Origin: the human T2T-CHM13v2.0 reference genome, Homo sapiens
Reading direction: 5' to 3' (one strand)
DNA length: 64,000 bases
Assembly (NCBI RefSeq): GCF_009914755.1
Contig: NC_060936.1
The position numbers and the translations under genes were made by a program. Positions within the stretch are counted from its first letter, which is position 1; each line of letters begins with the position of its first letter. Below, piece after piece: positions 41,260 to 54,071 of this stretch. The notes below the pieces were generated by a model that ran no database searches, was not told the origin of the DNA, and worked only from the letters and a program-made list of their open reading frames with translations.

Positions 41260-42360
41260 ACAGTCATTCAATATATATGCAGGTCCCATTACGTGCCAAA
41301 CACTAAGCTACATGCTGGGGACAGTCAGAGTTCTGTAACTGAACCCAGGATCAGCTGCGCTGTGCTCAAAAGTGAAAACCCGAGACAAAAGTTAGTGGGA
41401 GGAAAAGCAGGTTTATTTGGAAAGCCAAAACCTGAGAAGGTGGTGGACTAGTATCCTCAAGTACCATCTTAAGTCAGTGCAAATGTCGTGTTTATGAATT
41501 TTGTTGTTGTTGTTGTTAAGGGCGAGGGAGAGGAGGGGGTTGAGATCAAGAGGTGACCAATGACTGCAGACATCTGGGCACCAGTGGGGATCCAAGGAGG
41601 TTGGGAACTTCTTTGTCCTTTGTCAGGTCACAATGCTCCTATAAATCTTCAGCAAAACATAGTTAGTTGTTGACGTACTTCTCCTTTAATTTCAGAGTTA
41701 GATAGTTTTAAAAAGGACATGGTGTTTGCATAGTATCTCAGGGCTCTAAAATTATCCTAGCCTATATGCAGGAATGGGTAAAGGCCCCTTAAAAAATGGG
41801 GTTAGCTCTGTTAGATCTTTTGTTGTTTCACTGTTATAGTTTCTACCCTCAAAGAGTTTACATGAGGACAGGAAATATGGGCAGTTAGAAAATGGCCTGT
41901 CAGGATGGGTGATCAAGGTCTTTGGGGAGCAGGGAATAGGATACCTCACCCAAACGTGGGGACAAGGCAAGTCTTTCAGGAGGCAGTGCCAGCCAAGCTG
42001 AGACTTGAAGAGGAGGTAGAAATTGGCCTCTAGGGGAGGAGCCTTTGGAGGGCGGAGAATGTCTATAGCAGAGGAGCCAGAGAGAAGATAGCATGAGGTG
42101 GTTGAGGGACTGGAAGAAATGGTGGATGGCTGTATCATAGGGGAAGGTCTGGAAGTGGAGCAGCCCAGAAAGGACCTTATGAGTCACATTAGAGAATTTG
42201 GGATTTATTTTGCAGGGTGGAGAGTCACTGGATGACGTTAAATAAATGAGTAAGACTTCTTGTATACCCTTCTAGAAAGGCAGCTGTGACTGCAGGTAGA
42301 CATGGATCACAAGAAGACAAGACTGAAAATGACATCAGGCCTTATTTCAGGAATCTAGGA
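41260..42360 (-). mobile_element. L2 fragment split by an ERV1 LTR
   Basis: cattcaata...tacgtgccaaacact...gctggggaca and ctaccctcaaagagttta...gaatttgggatttattttgcagg are antisense L2 signatures. Confidence 0.65.
41334..41838 (-). mobile_element. ERV1-class solo LTR (MER4 group, LTR26-like)
   Basis: tgtaactgaa...cactgttata termini; tttatt poly(A) signal on the minus strand; 4-bp TSD gttc/gttt. Confidence 0.7.
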
Positions 42361-42374
42361 AAGAAAGGTAATGT

Positions 42375-42817
42375 CCAAAAGAATTACCACAATCTTAGTG
42401 GCTCAAGACAATGCAAGTTTATTATCACCTCATTCTGGTGGCCTGAAGTCAGTCAGCAGGGCTGTGTTCCTTTCTGGAGTCTGTAGAGAAGAATCTGCTT
42501 CCAGGCTGTAGAGGCTGCTGCATTCCTTACCTCATGGCTCCCTTGGTCTTCAAAGCCAGCAGTGGCTGCCCACTGTTTCGCATAGTGCCTTCTCTCTGGT
42601 TCTGGCTCTTCTGCCTCCCTCTTCCCCATTTAAGGGTTCTTAGATGACATTGTGCCCACCTGGATAATCCAGGCTAATCTCCTTATCCTAAGGTCAGCTG
42701 ATTAGCAACTTTAATTTCATCTTCAGCCTTAATTCCCCCTTGCCATGTAACAACATATTCACAGGTTGGGGATTAAGGTGTTGACATCTGTTGGGGGTCA
42801 TTCTCCTGCCTCCCACA
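42375..42817 (-). mobile_element. MLT1C/D-like LTR
   Basis: attaccacaatcttagtggct...cccacctggataatccagg...ctgcctcccaca. Confidence 0.85.
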
Positions 42818-43368
42818 GTGAGATAGAGAAGTAGAAGATTCAGAAAGCAGGAGTAACAAACTTAGTGTAGATGATTTTTTGGAGAACACTCTGCCTGCTC
42901 GGTCAATTCAGTTTGTTCCTCTCTTCTTTCCTTCATTTACTCATTACTTAGAGGCTTGCACTATTTTTTCTTAAATAGGTGGCTGACCATTCTTTACAAG
43001 AGGGAAAATATAAAGAGATCAGAGCAGAAGTGACTTAAGGGAAAACCTGAGTAAATGACCAAGGTTTACCTCTAGAAATTGTTCTGGGATCTCCAACGCA
43101 CCAACAAAGTTGTGATTCCTGTGTTTTAGTCATAGTCTTGGTGACTTTACTCTGAAACACTTTCAGGGAATCATTACCATTCACCTTTAATAGCTCTTTA
43201 GAAAAATCCCAGTAATTACCCATAAAATATCTAGTTTTAAACAACGTAACTCCCTGGTGATATGTCCAATATAAATTACCACATTTCCTCAATTCTAAAT
43301 ATATATTTTCCCACATTATAATGTTTCTAAAATCAGGATTGATGTGGACATTTAATATAGTCGGTGTT

Positions 43369-43398
43369 TTCTTTCTCTCTCTTTCTCTCTCTCTCTCT
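43369..43398. repeat. (CT)n tract
   Basis: Direct reading. Confidence 0.9.
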
Positions 43399-43554
43399 AA
43401 AGCTGTTTATAGCTGATGAGTTCTTACAATTAAGGGAATATGGTAATTGCGAAATGTACTTCTAGCTTTCCTGTTGTACTAGTTTCTTAGTTATATAAGG
43501 GTTCTTTTTTGTCAAGACTGAATATTATTTTAGAGGAATTGATCTAAAGACAGT

Positions 43555-44050
43555 TAAATATAAGCTGAATAATAGCCCCAAAAGATATGAGGTCTCCATC
43601 CATAGAACCTGTGACTATTACTTATATGTCAAAATCTTTGCAAATGTGATTAGGTTAAGGGGCTTGAGACAGAGAGATTATCCTGGACTCTCAGGGTGGG
43701 TCCTAAATGCAATCCCATGTATACTTATAAAAAAGATATTTGACACACATAGAGGAAAAGGTCATGTGAAACAGAACAGAGAGAGATTTGAAGATGCTGA
43801 CTTTGAAGAGTGGAGTGATGTGGCTACTAGAAAAGGAATGCCAGCAGCCACCAGAAGATGAAAGAGGCAAGGAACAGATTCTCCCCTTGAACTTCCAGAG
43901 GGAGTATAGCTCTGCTGACACCTTGATTTTTGGCCCATTGATACTGATTTCAAACTTCTGATCCATAGGACTATGACGGAATAAGTTTCTGTTGTTTAAA
44001 GCCACCAAATGTGGGGTAATTTGTTACAGCACCCACGATAAACAAATACA
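43555..44050 (+). mobile_element. MLT1D-like LTR
   Basis: gctgaataatagcccc...gagattatcctgga...ggtaatttgttacagca...aataca. Confidence 0.88.
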
Positions 44051-44321
44051 GCAGCTTTTCTGACAGTAAGTGTGACGCAGAACATTCCTATCTTGTGATA
44101 ATAAAACAATTCCATGGGGGCCTAGGAGACTTTTATGTTTAATCTTAGTTATGCAAATTACAGTTTTTTCCTTAAATAATTCAGCCATTACAGTGATCTT
44201 TGTGATTGTCTCTCTGGTAAATATTCCACTGCACCCCTCACCCTGCCATGATGTAATAGGCACAGAATCTGTACAGGGAAGTAAACTCCACCTGCAATTC
44301 TAGGGTGGGCTCTATCTATCC

Positions 44322-44636
44322 ATTTATTTATTTATTTATTTATTTATTTAGAAACAGACTCTGTCACCCAGGCTGGAGTACAGTGGCATTATCTTGGCTC
44401 ACTGCAACCTCTGACTTTTGGGTTCAAGTGATTCCTCCCAGGTAGCTGAGATTACAGGTGTGTGCTACCACACCAGGCTGATTTTTTTTTCTTTTTGTAT
44501 GTGTATATTTTTTTTTTAGTAGATACAGGGTCTTGCCATGTTGGCCAGGCTGGTCTCAAACTCCTGGCCTCAAGTGATCCACCCACCTTGGCCTCCCAAA
44601 GTGCTGGGATTACAGGATGGGCCACTGCGCCTGGTC
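44322..44636 (-). mobile_element. Alu (AluJb/Sz-like) with (TTTA)n tail
   Basis: Antisense Alu; TSD gctctatctat at 44309-44319 and 44638-44648. Confidence 0.93.
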
Positions 44637-45282
44637 AGCTCTATCTATTATTTAATCTACCCATGTTAAACCCATTTCCCCAACCACAGTGCTTGTCTCG
44701 GTTATGGCAGACAATGTTAATAAGCAAATGAAATTCTCTTGGACATAGACGATGATATAGAAATATGATCCAAATCCTACTAATAAGTTATGAGATGTTT
44801 GAGAAAAATGGTTCCTCACCCTTTGCAAGAGTTGTTTTTTTTTTCTCACTGGATATGAACAAGGAAAAAGTTGATGGCATGGTAGGCAGAATGGAGAGAT
44901 GCAAAGATATGGGTTCTGGATGACAATGTTGATATATTAGATTCTTTATTGAGTATCTATCATGGCATAAAAGCTGCTTCATACAGATTATATGATTATT
45001 TAATCCCTATAACAATGCTTTGAGGCATGTTACCAATCTTGAATCCTGTTACATAAACAAATGAGCTCCCTTTAGTATACATACGATACATACATTCACA
45101 CTGATACACCTAGATACTTTTGTGTGGGGTAGGTGGGGAGGTATGCATCACTGCCTGAAGTCACCAAGCACTGAAATCACATTGTAGCATGAGCAGAAAA
45201 GTCCTCCTTGATTTTCTGCAGTACAAGCCTAATCAGTCCCCAACTCTGAATTAACCCAACTTTCTGCTTTCTCCTGGATTGT

Positions 45283-45708
45283 TTATATGGTTTGGATATT
45301 TGTCCCCTCCCAATTGTATGTTGAAATTTGATCCCAGCATTGGAGGTGGGGCCTGGTGGAAGGTATTTAAATCATAGGGGCAGGTCCCTCATTAATGGGT
45401 TGGTGCTTTTCTCATGGCAATGAGTGAGGTTCAATGAGTGAGGTTCATCTATTAGTTCATGAGAGAACTGATTGTTAAACAGAGTCTGGTGTCTTCTTCC
45501 TCTCCCTCTTTCCTTCTCTCTCTCCAAGTGATAGCTGCTCTCCTTCCCCTTCTGCCATGATTGGAAGCTTCCTGAGGTTGTCACCAGAATCAGAGGCCAG
45601 AACCATGCTTCTACAGTCTGCAGAACTGAGAACCCGAAAAACCTCTTTTCCTCATAAATTACCCAGCCTCATGTGTTTCCTTTATAGCAATATAAATGGA
45701 CTAAGGCA
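45283..45708 (+). mobile_element. MSTB-like MaLR LTR
   Basis: tatggtttggatatttgtcccctcc...ttatagcaa...ggactaaggca; internal 14-bp tandem duplication aatgagtgaggttc. Confidence 0.88.
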
Positions 45709-47589
45709 GGTATCAAATATTGTTAGTGAAAGCTATGTAACTGAATAATATGACACCCTATAACCCCATCGTTTTCCACTTCATTTTAGACATGAGTGCT
45801 GCTCAGTTATTCCTTCACTTGCTACTTGCCAGCTAGCATTCAATTCTCTAATATAATTCCAAACATTTATTGCTTTCCTCTATTGCCCCAACCCACCTGA
45901 TTTTCCTGTTCTCAGCAGAAGACCTTGCTTATCATGTCATAGAGATGAAGGTGTCACTTGTGAACATCCTCAACAAATTCACCCATCCTCCTTTCTCACT
46001 CAGTCATGGGTTACAGCTGGGTTCAGCTGTTCAAGGTTCTCTAGCTCTAAATTAGTTCCCATGGTTGTCTATTAGCCCAAGCTCCGACATTCTGCAGGGA
46101 CTGTGCACTAACAAGGGAATACTGAACTCATTAATAGCTCTTCCCCTCATTAAAATCTTGCTTTTCTCCTTGTATTCCATATTGCTGTGGTAATTGGAAA
46201 TTAAGGAAAATGGAGGTAGGAATGAATGGGTGTAGGAGGCAAAGCATTGAAATAGCTAAATCAGAATTCTCTGTCTTGAAAGCCTCAGGAAGTTATGGGA
46301 ATTGTACTGATTTCTCCCTGACTGAATTAGGAAGGTGGAACTAACCTATCAACAAGGACAGCAACAGAGCCATGTCAGCTCCCTCATTTACATCTTACAT
46401 AGTGGGGAATTATCATGGGTGGACTAAGAAGCCTATCATCTTTTACTGGTATAGAAACACTCCAGAGCACTATACAGGAAATACCCTAAGCTTTGCTAAG
46501 TGAATAAATAACAGGTTTTCAACCACTTTTCATTGAGGGTATCAAGATACAAGAAGGCAAGCATCACATATTTTATACAGTTCCCTAATTCAATAATCTT
46601 CCTTAGATTTTCCCTCTCCACAGCCCCCTGTCCACTGATTACCTTCCCCAGAATCATTGCCCAACTACTGTTCCTCCTCTTATTGCTGCTGCAGACATTA
46701 GCCTCAACATTCCTATGGCAGACAGTACGATCTTCCCCGATCTCCATCTGATGAAATCCTGCTCACCTCTCAAAGTCCAACCCAAATGTTATTTCTTCCA
46801 TGAAAACTATGGTGACTTCCCTTTTCTGCTCATCTTATCAGAGAAGATTGGTCATCTTGGTCACCAGCCTAGTGCTCCTACTCCCAATTACATCCATACA
46901 TGATTAGTCAGTACAGGCAAATCATTCTTATTCAGCTTTGCACTCTGGAAGTGGAGGGGCAGAGACATGATATCTTCGTCTTTATAGCTCCTCTTCCTAA
47001 CACTGCTGTTGACACTATTATGTTGAAATGAGTGTTCTAAATATAAGAATACACATATATAGGCATATTCCCACAAAGGTTTGTAAGTTGTTCATAATTC
47101 TCAGGAAACACAGCAAGTATAGGTGCCGGGCATTGTTGTGTTGCAAAATTCCAAGAGGCAATGCAGTTTGAGTTAGGGAAGTTGTGAATGGGGAAAGACA
47201 GAGGTGCCACACACTGAGGCCTAAAGAAAAAGCACAACCCTTGCTACAGCCCTTTTGCTATCCCTTCAAGTCAGTCCTGAAATGACCTGGGAGAACAGTG
47301 CCAGACAGAGAAAGTTGCAAATTGGCTCATCTCCACTGTGGACTAGGAATGCAGTGAGCTGAGATACATACATGAAAAGGGCACAGAGATGATTACTTTT
47401 CAAAGGTACATAAAACACTTAAGTTGAATAATACACGAATATTTCAGTATCACTAAATTCCTCACTGCGTTAAAATCTGTCATCCATTCAGCAATAGATG
47501 GTTTTGAACTTATCATTCTCATATTTCCAAATTGGCAAATATAAAAAGGGTTCTGCATGTTTACTTCCTTGATTTTCTTTATTTTAATT

Positions 47590-47827
47590 TTTTAATATTA
47601 GACTTAAAAATGTTGTGGGTACATAGTAGGTGTATACATTTATGAAGTACATGAGATGTTTGATACAGGCATGCAATGTAAAATAAGCACATCATGGAGA
47701 ATGGGGGTATTTGTCCCAGCAAGCATTTATCCTTCGAGTTACAAACAATCCAATTACCTTATTTTATTTTAAAATACACAAATAAGTTATTATTGACTAT
47801 AGTCATGCTATTGTGCTATCATATAGT
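47590..47827 (-). mobile_element. L1MA1/2-type 3' end fragment
   Basis: tgtgggtacatagtaggtgtata...gatacaggcatgcaatg...gttacaaacaatccaatta. Confidence 0.88.
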
Positions 47828-48639
47828 GCCCAGTTCTGCATCTTTGTTTAGACAAAACTTTGCTAGTCACAGCACAGATTGTGCTGATAGTGGACTATTG
47901 ATAAGCTTTACTTGGAGAATCGAATATTGCCACCTTTCGTTATCACTTCCGACATGCCAAGCACTGTGCCAATCACTCATATAAATGCAAGTAGGATTGT
48001 CCTTGGACTCACAGGTAAGGAAAGGAAGGCTTTTCTCTAAGAGGTTGGATGATTTATTCAAGGCCACAATCCAGCAAGTGAGAGGCCAGGATATGAAACT
48101 CAATCTGATGAATGTTACAGCCCCTGCCCTTAATTACCAGGAAGAGCATAATGTTCTCTAATGAGGTGCAGGAGGTGCAGCCACCCAAATGCTGCCAGAG
48201 GTTGCTGCTGGCAGGAGGGGGATGTGAAGCTTTCCTCGAGTAGAGGAACTCCCCTTCTCCAGACCTTTCTCAAGTCTCACAGAAGCATGTGTTTCATTTT
48301 GTCCTGTTTCCTGTGGAATTTTCCATCAGCAAGGACACAGAAATAGGAGGTTAGAACTTTCTCTGTCTGCACCTCCATGCTGAGGCCATCATTCTTGAAG
48401 GCAACACAAGGGAGGTCTTTTGGTCATTTGCAGCTGCTTCAGCTTGAAGGGCCCTGTTTGCCTTTTCCTGGGTATCAAGCCTTGGGATTTGCACTTCCAA
48501 AAATGCCCCTCCTGCCATCTCTCATGGTCTTCAATCTCTAGTTTCACCTCTTTGAGGCTGTCCCCTTTGCTCCCATAGGTTCCCATCCTTACCCCAGTTA
48601 GAGTCCCTACACACCATATCCAAATCACTGGTTCACTGA

Positions 48640-48775
48640 TTTCCCTCAGCGGAATGGAAGTTCCTTGGGGTCATGATCTCTGTCTTCTTCACTGTCCTAT
48701 CTCTGACACCTAGCACAGCGCCTGGCACTTCGTGTGAGTTCAGCAAATAATATTTCCTTTATGAATGAATGATTA
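48640..48775 (+). mobile_element. L2 3' end
   Basis: cacctagcacagcgcctggcac...caaataat...gaatgaatga. Confidence 0.8.
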
Positions 48776-49109
48776 TTTCGTATTAACTGTTATCAGCTAT
48801 TGAGGATCTGAGGAAGGAAGGATCAGAACTGGTAGGTGTTATTTTATGGAATAGGGAGAGGATGGTCATCAGGGAAGATTCAGGACACAAACTGCTATTA
48901 ACACTAAAATCAAGGAGGAGCATTGCATCAGGTTTGGGGAGTCATAGGGCTAGGTTAGTGCAGAAAATGAGGTATTCTCCATAGTCATAGGATACATGGT
49001 GCCTGTTGTGATGGGGAGGAGGCAGCATGAGAAGGAATGGAATAACAGAAATCAAGAAGAAAATACTAGAAACAAATTTTAAACATAAAGTATATATATT
49101 CTCTCTGTC

Positions 49110-49598
49110 TCCCTATATAGGTATATATATAATATATATGAAAATAATCATATGTATACGATTATTGGCTCATGTGATTAGGAGGCCAAGAAGTCCCATG
49201 ATCTGCCATCTACAAATGGAGAAAGCTGGTGGTATAATTCAGTCCAGGTCTGAAGGGAGAACTGGGGTTGGTGGTGGAGGTGGGATGTGCTTGTGTAAAT
49301 CTTGGAGTCCAAAGGTCCAAGAACCAGGAGCTCCAACGACCAAGGGCAGGAGAAGATGATGTCCCAGCTCAAGAAGAAAGAGAAAATTTGCCCTTCCTCT
49401 GCCTTTTTCTTATATTCAGGCCCTTGAATGACTGGATAATGCCCATGTACATTGTAGAGGGCCATCTGCTTTACTCAGTCCACAAGTTCAAATGCTAATA
49501 TCTTCTGGAAATATCACAGATACACCCAGAAAAAATGTTTTGCCAGCTATCTGGACATCCCTTAGCTTAGTCAAGTTGACATGTAAAATTAACTACCA
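49110..49598 (-). mobile_element. MLT2B-like ERVL LTR
   Basis: attggctcatgtgatta...gaagtcccatgatctgccatct...gtcaagttgacatgtaaaattaac. Confidence 0.85.
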
Positions 49599-49654
49599 AA
49601 TTAGTTAATTTAATGAGACCATGTTTCTTAGACCTTTTACAATAAGGTAAGAAC

Positions 49655-49865
49655 GATGGCAGTTTATATGTGTCATGCCCTGCCCTATTCTAAGTACTTT
49701 TATACATTCTGTTATCTTTATAATACTCTGTGAACTATGTACTATCATTTCCAAATTGCAGATTAAAAATGGAGCACAGAGAGGCTGAATTATTTGATTG
49801 AAGTCACACGCTGGTAAGTGGTAGAACTGCAATTCCAACCCAGGGAGTTTGATTCTAAGTCTGTT
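49655..49865 (-). mobile_element. MIR
   Basis: ttgcagattaaaaatggagcacagagagg...aagtcacacgctggtaagtggtagaactg. Confidence 0.75.
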
Positions 49866-52411
49866 CCCTGGCGCAGACTGAGGTAGTCACAGTGGGAAAT
49901 ATAAAAGTAGATAATTTTGAGAACTACATGGGAGGAAAGAGTTTGGAATTGCTGTTGGTTGGATTTGAGGGGGCAAAGTGAAAAGGGCAGGCAAGAGGGA
50001 AGGATAGTTAATAAGAAAGAGGAAAAAATGAAAATGTTTTATTTTTGTTTACCTGGTATTTTGAAGATTGGAGAAAAAACATTTTCAAATTCTGTCATCT
50101 TATTTTACTCCAAACAAACGTAAGGGAATATAAACTATGACTGTAACTGGCTGGATACAGCAGTCATCACTGATGCTAGGAGATAACAAAACTAGCTTCT
50201 TGCTAATAAAAAATAAAGCTCCTTTCAGCTATGATTATAAATATATACTTTTACTTACATTGGGCATAGGTTAGGTTGGAAAATGTCCTCCTTTCCCAAG
50301 CAAAATAAGTAATGAAGTTTAACATCTTTTACCTTTAAATAACATATGGATTAAACCTTGGCTCCTCTTTTTACTAGCTTTGTTAATTTGAACAAGTTAG
50401 TTGCCTTATTCTTCATGGGATTTCATAGGTTAAATTTACAATATGTAGAAATCATCAAGTACAATGCTCACACACAGTAATTGCCCCCATAAATGGTATC
50501 TATAATTAGCAATAGCCAGCTTGATGAAAGCCAAGTACTCTGTTCTTGTGGTCCTTGTAGTTCTTGCCAGTGGAAGCGCATCACTCACAAAGTTGAAGGG
50601 GGGCCTTGTGGCTGTCTCTCCTGAAAATGCATCAGACAGTGGGATTTTTTTGTGTGTGTTCAAAGAAGCTCATTTGAAAAGGCTGAAACTTTACCCAAAC
50701 TTGGATTTTCTCCAACACAAAGGCTTATGCTAAGGTATTCAGTAAGATTGCATCTAGTATTGCCAAACAAAACCACTTCACATAATTAGAGAGGCCTTGG
50801 TGGAGCCTTATGTCCCAGGAATGGTTGAGTGGGTTTATAGTTTGAAACAGAAGAGAAACTGAAGTAGGGCTTCACCCAAAATATCATCTTCACCCAAACG
50901 GTTGACACTTCTGCTACTTTTTTGAAGTGGATCATGAAAAAATTGGCAGGTAGCTCCTCAACATGCAAGTGGGTGGAATCACTGACATATAGTACTGCAA
51001 GCTATTGGGTTTTGTTCATCATGTCTAATTTGAGGTATACTCATCCTTCAAATTTTAATTCATGCTCACAAATAACCTTGAAGACTTGGTTGGACTTGCC
51101 TGCTCTTTCACAAACCCTGACCTTGCTTCATTTGTATCACCTGCTATCTCATTACCTGAAACGGACTCAGAGGTCTGTGCCCCAAATTTCCATCTCCCAC
51201 AGGGCAGGAACACTGCCTCACCTGTTTTTGTATCTTAGTGGTTACTTCATAGAAGTAGTATTAATAGTTTCTATTCTTTTTTTATCATATAGCAGTTCCA
51301 AATATGATTTCATTTTATGTTTCTATGAGGTAGACACTACTATGACCCCAACTTACGTATGAGAAATGGAGGCACAGGTGGCTAAGCTAGAAAGGAAATT
51401 CAGGTCAGGTTATCCCACTCCAGTCCCTACATAAACCAATGCACTAGATTATACTTCACAGCCTGTGTGGATTAATCCTCACATTACTCTTCCTGAATAA
51501 AATAAGAGGGCTTGAGAGAGTAAGTTTACTTAAAGTCTCAGGACTTGGAATAAAAGAAAAAGATAGGTTTAGTTTCTAAAAATATTGATAACCTTGCTCT
51601 TCACATTATACAAAATTCTTTCATTTGCTCATAAGCAGCCTTTTGGGTTACACATTCTCTTTAATCACATTATATGTAATGGTTGGGTTTCTACAATCAA
51701 CTTTGGACTTACTACATATTTCCATCACAAAGAACAGAACCATACTAGGTGCAACATTGATGAGATATCTTTGGATTATTGGCATCATCTATGGAAGATT
51801 TGAATAGCAATCATTAATCCTTGACATAAAATGTGGCTTGCCAACAATTCAGTCCCCAAGGCATGGCTGCTGTTAGACTGTGGGTACCTTTATTGAGACA
51901 AGAGTCTACCATGAGACAGAACTATCGTAAACTTTCTTTTAAAGGCAGCAACATGTAAAATATGAAAGAAAATCTTAAGCAGAGCCTTAAAAAGGTTGAA
52001 GTACTGAATGTCAGCATATCTATGTTTACTGAGTGACCTCGGTACTGGATAACCTGAGGGAATGAGGCCATTAGAGTCTTTGAGAACTGAATGGAGACCT
52101 ACAGTGTGATAGAGACCAGACACAACCCATGGCAAAGGGCTGGGAGAGTCATCTTAGGTGATAGGCCCAGCTGAACCCCTATCACACTGCTTCTCCCACT
52201 GCATTCCTAAAGACTCCTTTCATAAAATCTCAACAGTCATTAAGAAATAGAGCTGGTATCTGACAATACATGGAAGGAGCTGCTTTTCCACCCACTTTAG
52301 AGAAATGGCTACATGTGACATAGAGCAGAAGATGATGAGGACAATAATGATGATGATGGTGGTGAGTGTTCACTGAGTTCTTACTATGTGTCACTTACTC
52401 GCTGGTTTAAT

Positions 52412-53462
52412 TACTGTCACCCCAGCATTTGTAGGGTCTGGGGCAAGAGTAGAAATGGAGGTCACATGACCTATTTTGGTCTACTTCAAAATTATTCATC
52501 AAGATAAACAGTTATAAACTACGTTCTGTTTTCCTATTTGACAAATATTCCTTCATAAAAACCTGAAAGGCCATGAGTCTGGGAGTTATGCCTTCTCACC
52601 CTCCTGAAAGCTCTGTATAGGAGTGTGGGAGCACAGGAAAAGACAACCTCAGTTCACCTCTTTCTCTTCCCACTCACTCTGTGCAACTCTGCAAGGGGAC
52701 ATAAGTGTGTACAGGTCAACATCCAAGTCCACAAATCCAAACACCCTTGCTAACTGCTCCTCCTTCAGGAGGAGAGATGGTCGCACAGGCAGGGTAGTCA
52801 GCTGATATGGTCTGGCTCTGTGTCCCCACCCAGATCTCATCTGGAATTGTAATCTCAATTGTAATCCCCATGTGTTGGTGGAGGGACTCGTGTGAGGTAA
52901 TTGGATCATGGGGGCGGTTCCCTCATGCTGTTTTTGTGATAGTGAGTGAGTTCTCATGAGATCCAACAGCTTTATAAGGGGCTCTTCCCCTTTCACTCTC
53001 ACTCTGTCTCTCTTCTGACACCTTGTGAAGAAAGTGCCTGCTTCCCCTACCACCATGATTGTAAGTTTCCTGAGGCATCCCCAGCCATGCGGAACTGTAA
53101 GTCAATTAAACCTCTTTTCTTTATAAATTACGCAGTCTCAGATATATCTTTACAGCAGTGTGAAACAGACTAATACATCAGCCCTCAGGAAGCCAGATGC
53201 AAAAAAGAAGCCTGCAAAGGCTCTGAAGCAGATGTAAAGGCATTAGGGCAGGAAGCTAGAGTTCAGGTGCCCAGAACTCGTTCTAGAAGGAGTAACATGA
53301 ACATGAACTGGAGGATGGGGCAAACACTTTTTTGACACCTCTCCACATTTCCTAGATTTCTCACCTTGGAGGAAAGAACACTACTATGGGAAGGTAAAAA
53401 TGGTTCCCTCTGAATTCCAGAGCCCAGGATGAAAACCTCATGCCCGGGTCTGAAGTATACTG
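52412..53462 (-). mobile_element. MER115-like hAT-Tip100 element split by THE1D, itself inside a MIR
   Basis: ggggcaagagtagaaatggagg...ttgacaaatattccttcataa...acctgaaaggcca and terminal gcccagg...tgcccgggtctgaagtatactg; MIR halves at ~52340-52410 and ~53465-53640. Confidence 0.7.
52803..53177 (+). mobile_element. THE1D-like MaLR solo LTR
   Basis: tgatatggtctggctctgtgtccccacc...cagactaataca; perfect TSD tcagc at 52798-52802 and 53178-53182. Confidence 0.95.
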
Positions 53463-53694
53463 GCTTTATATGAATCATCTAATTGAACATTTTACTGCTT
53501 TTAAAATCCCATGAAATCTCTACTGTTATTATCCTCTTACAGATGAGAAAACTGAGACATACAGGAGCTCAGTAACTTGCCTACTAGTGATGGCATCTGA
53601 TAAGGGTAATCTGACACCAGAACATGTCCCATAATATGCTGTAACTTAAGAACACTGATATAAAATAAAAACTAGATAATTTCTTCAAAACCAC

Positions 53695-54071
53695 TGCTGT
53701 GGTTAGAATGTGTCCCCAAAGTTTATGTGTAGGAAACTTAACCCACAGTGCAACAGCGTTGAGGGGTGGGACTTTTAAGAGGTGATTGGCTTATGAGGGC
53801 AGAGCCCTCATGAATGGGTTAATGTCATTATTGTGGGAGTGGGTTCATTATCATTAAGAGTAGGTGTGTTATAAAAGTGTGTACAACTCCCATCTTGTGC
53901 TCTCATGGTCTCTTGTCTTTCCACCTTCTGTCTTCTATCAGCAAGAAGGCCCTCACCAGATGGCAGCACCTAGATATTAGACTTTCCAGCCACCAGAACT
54001 GAGAAATAAATTCTTTATAAATTACCCTATCTGTGGTATTCTATTATAGCAACACAAAATGGGCTAAGATA
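53695..54071 (+). mobile_element. MSTD-like MaLR solo LTR
   Basis: tgctgtggttagaatgtgtcccc...ctaagata; perfect TSD accac at 53690-53694 and 54072-54076. Confidence 0.9.
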
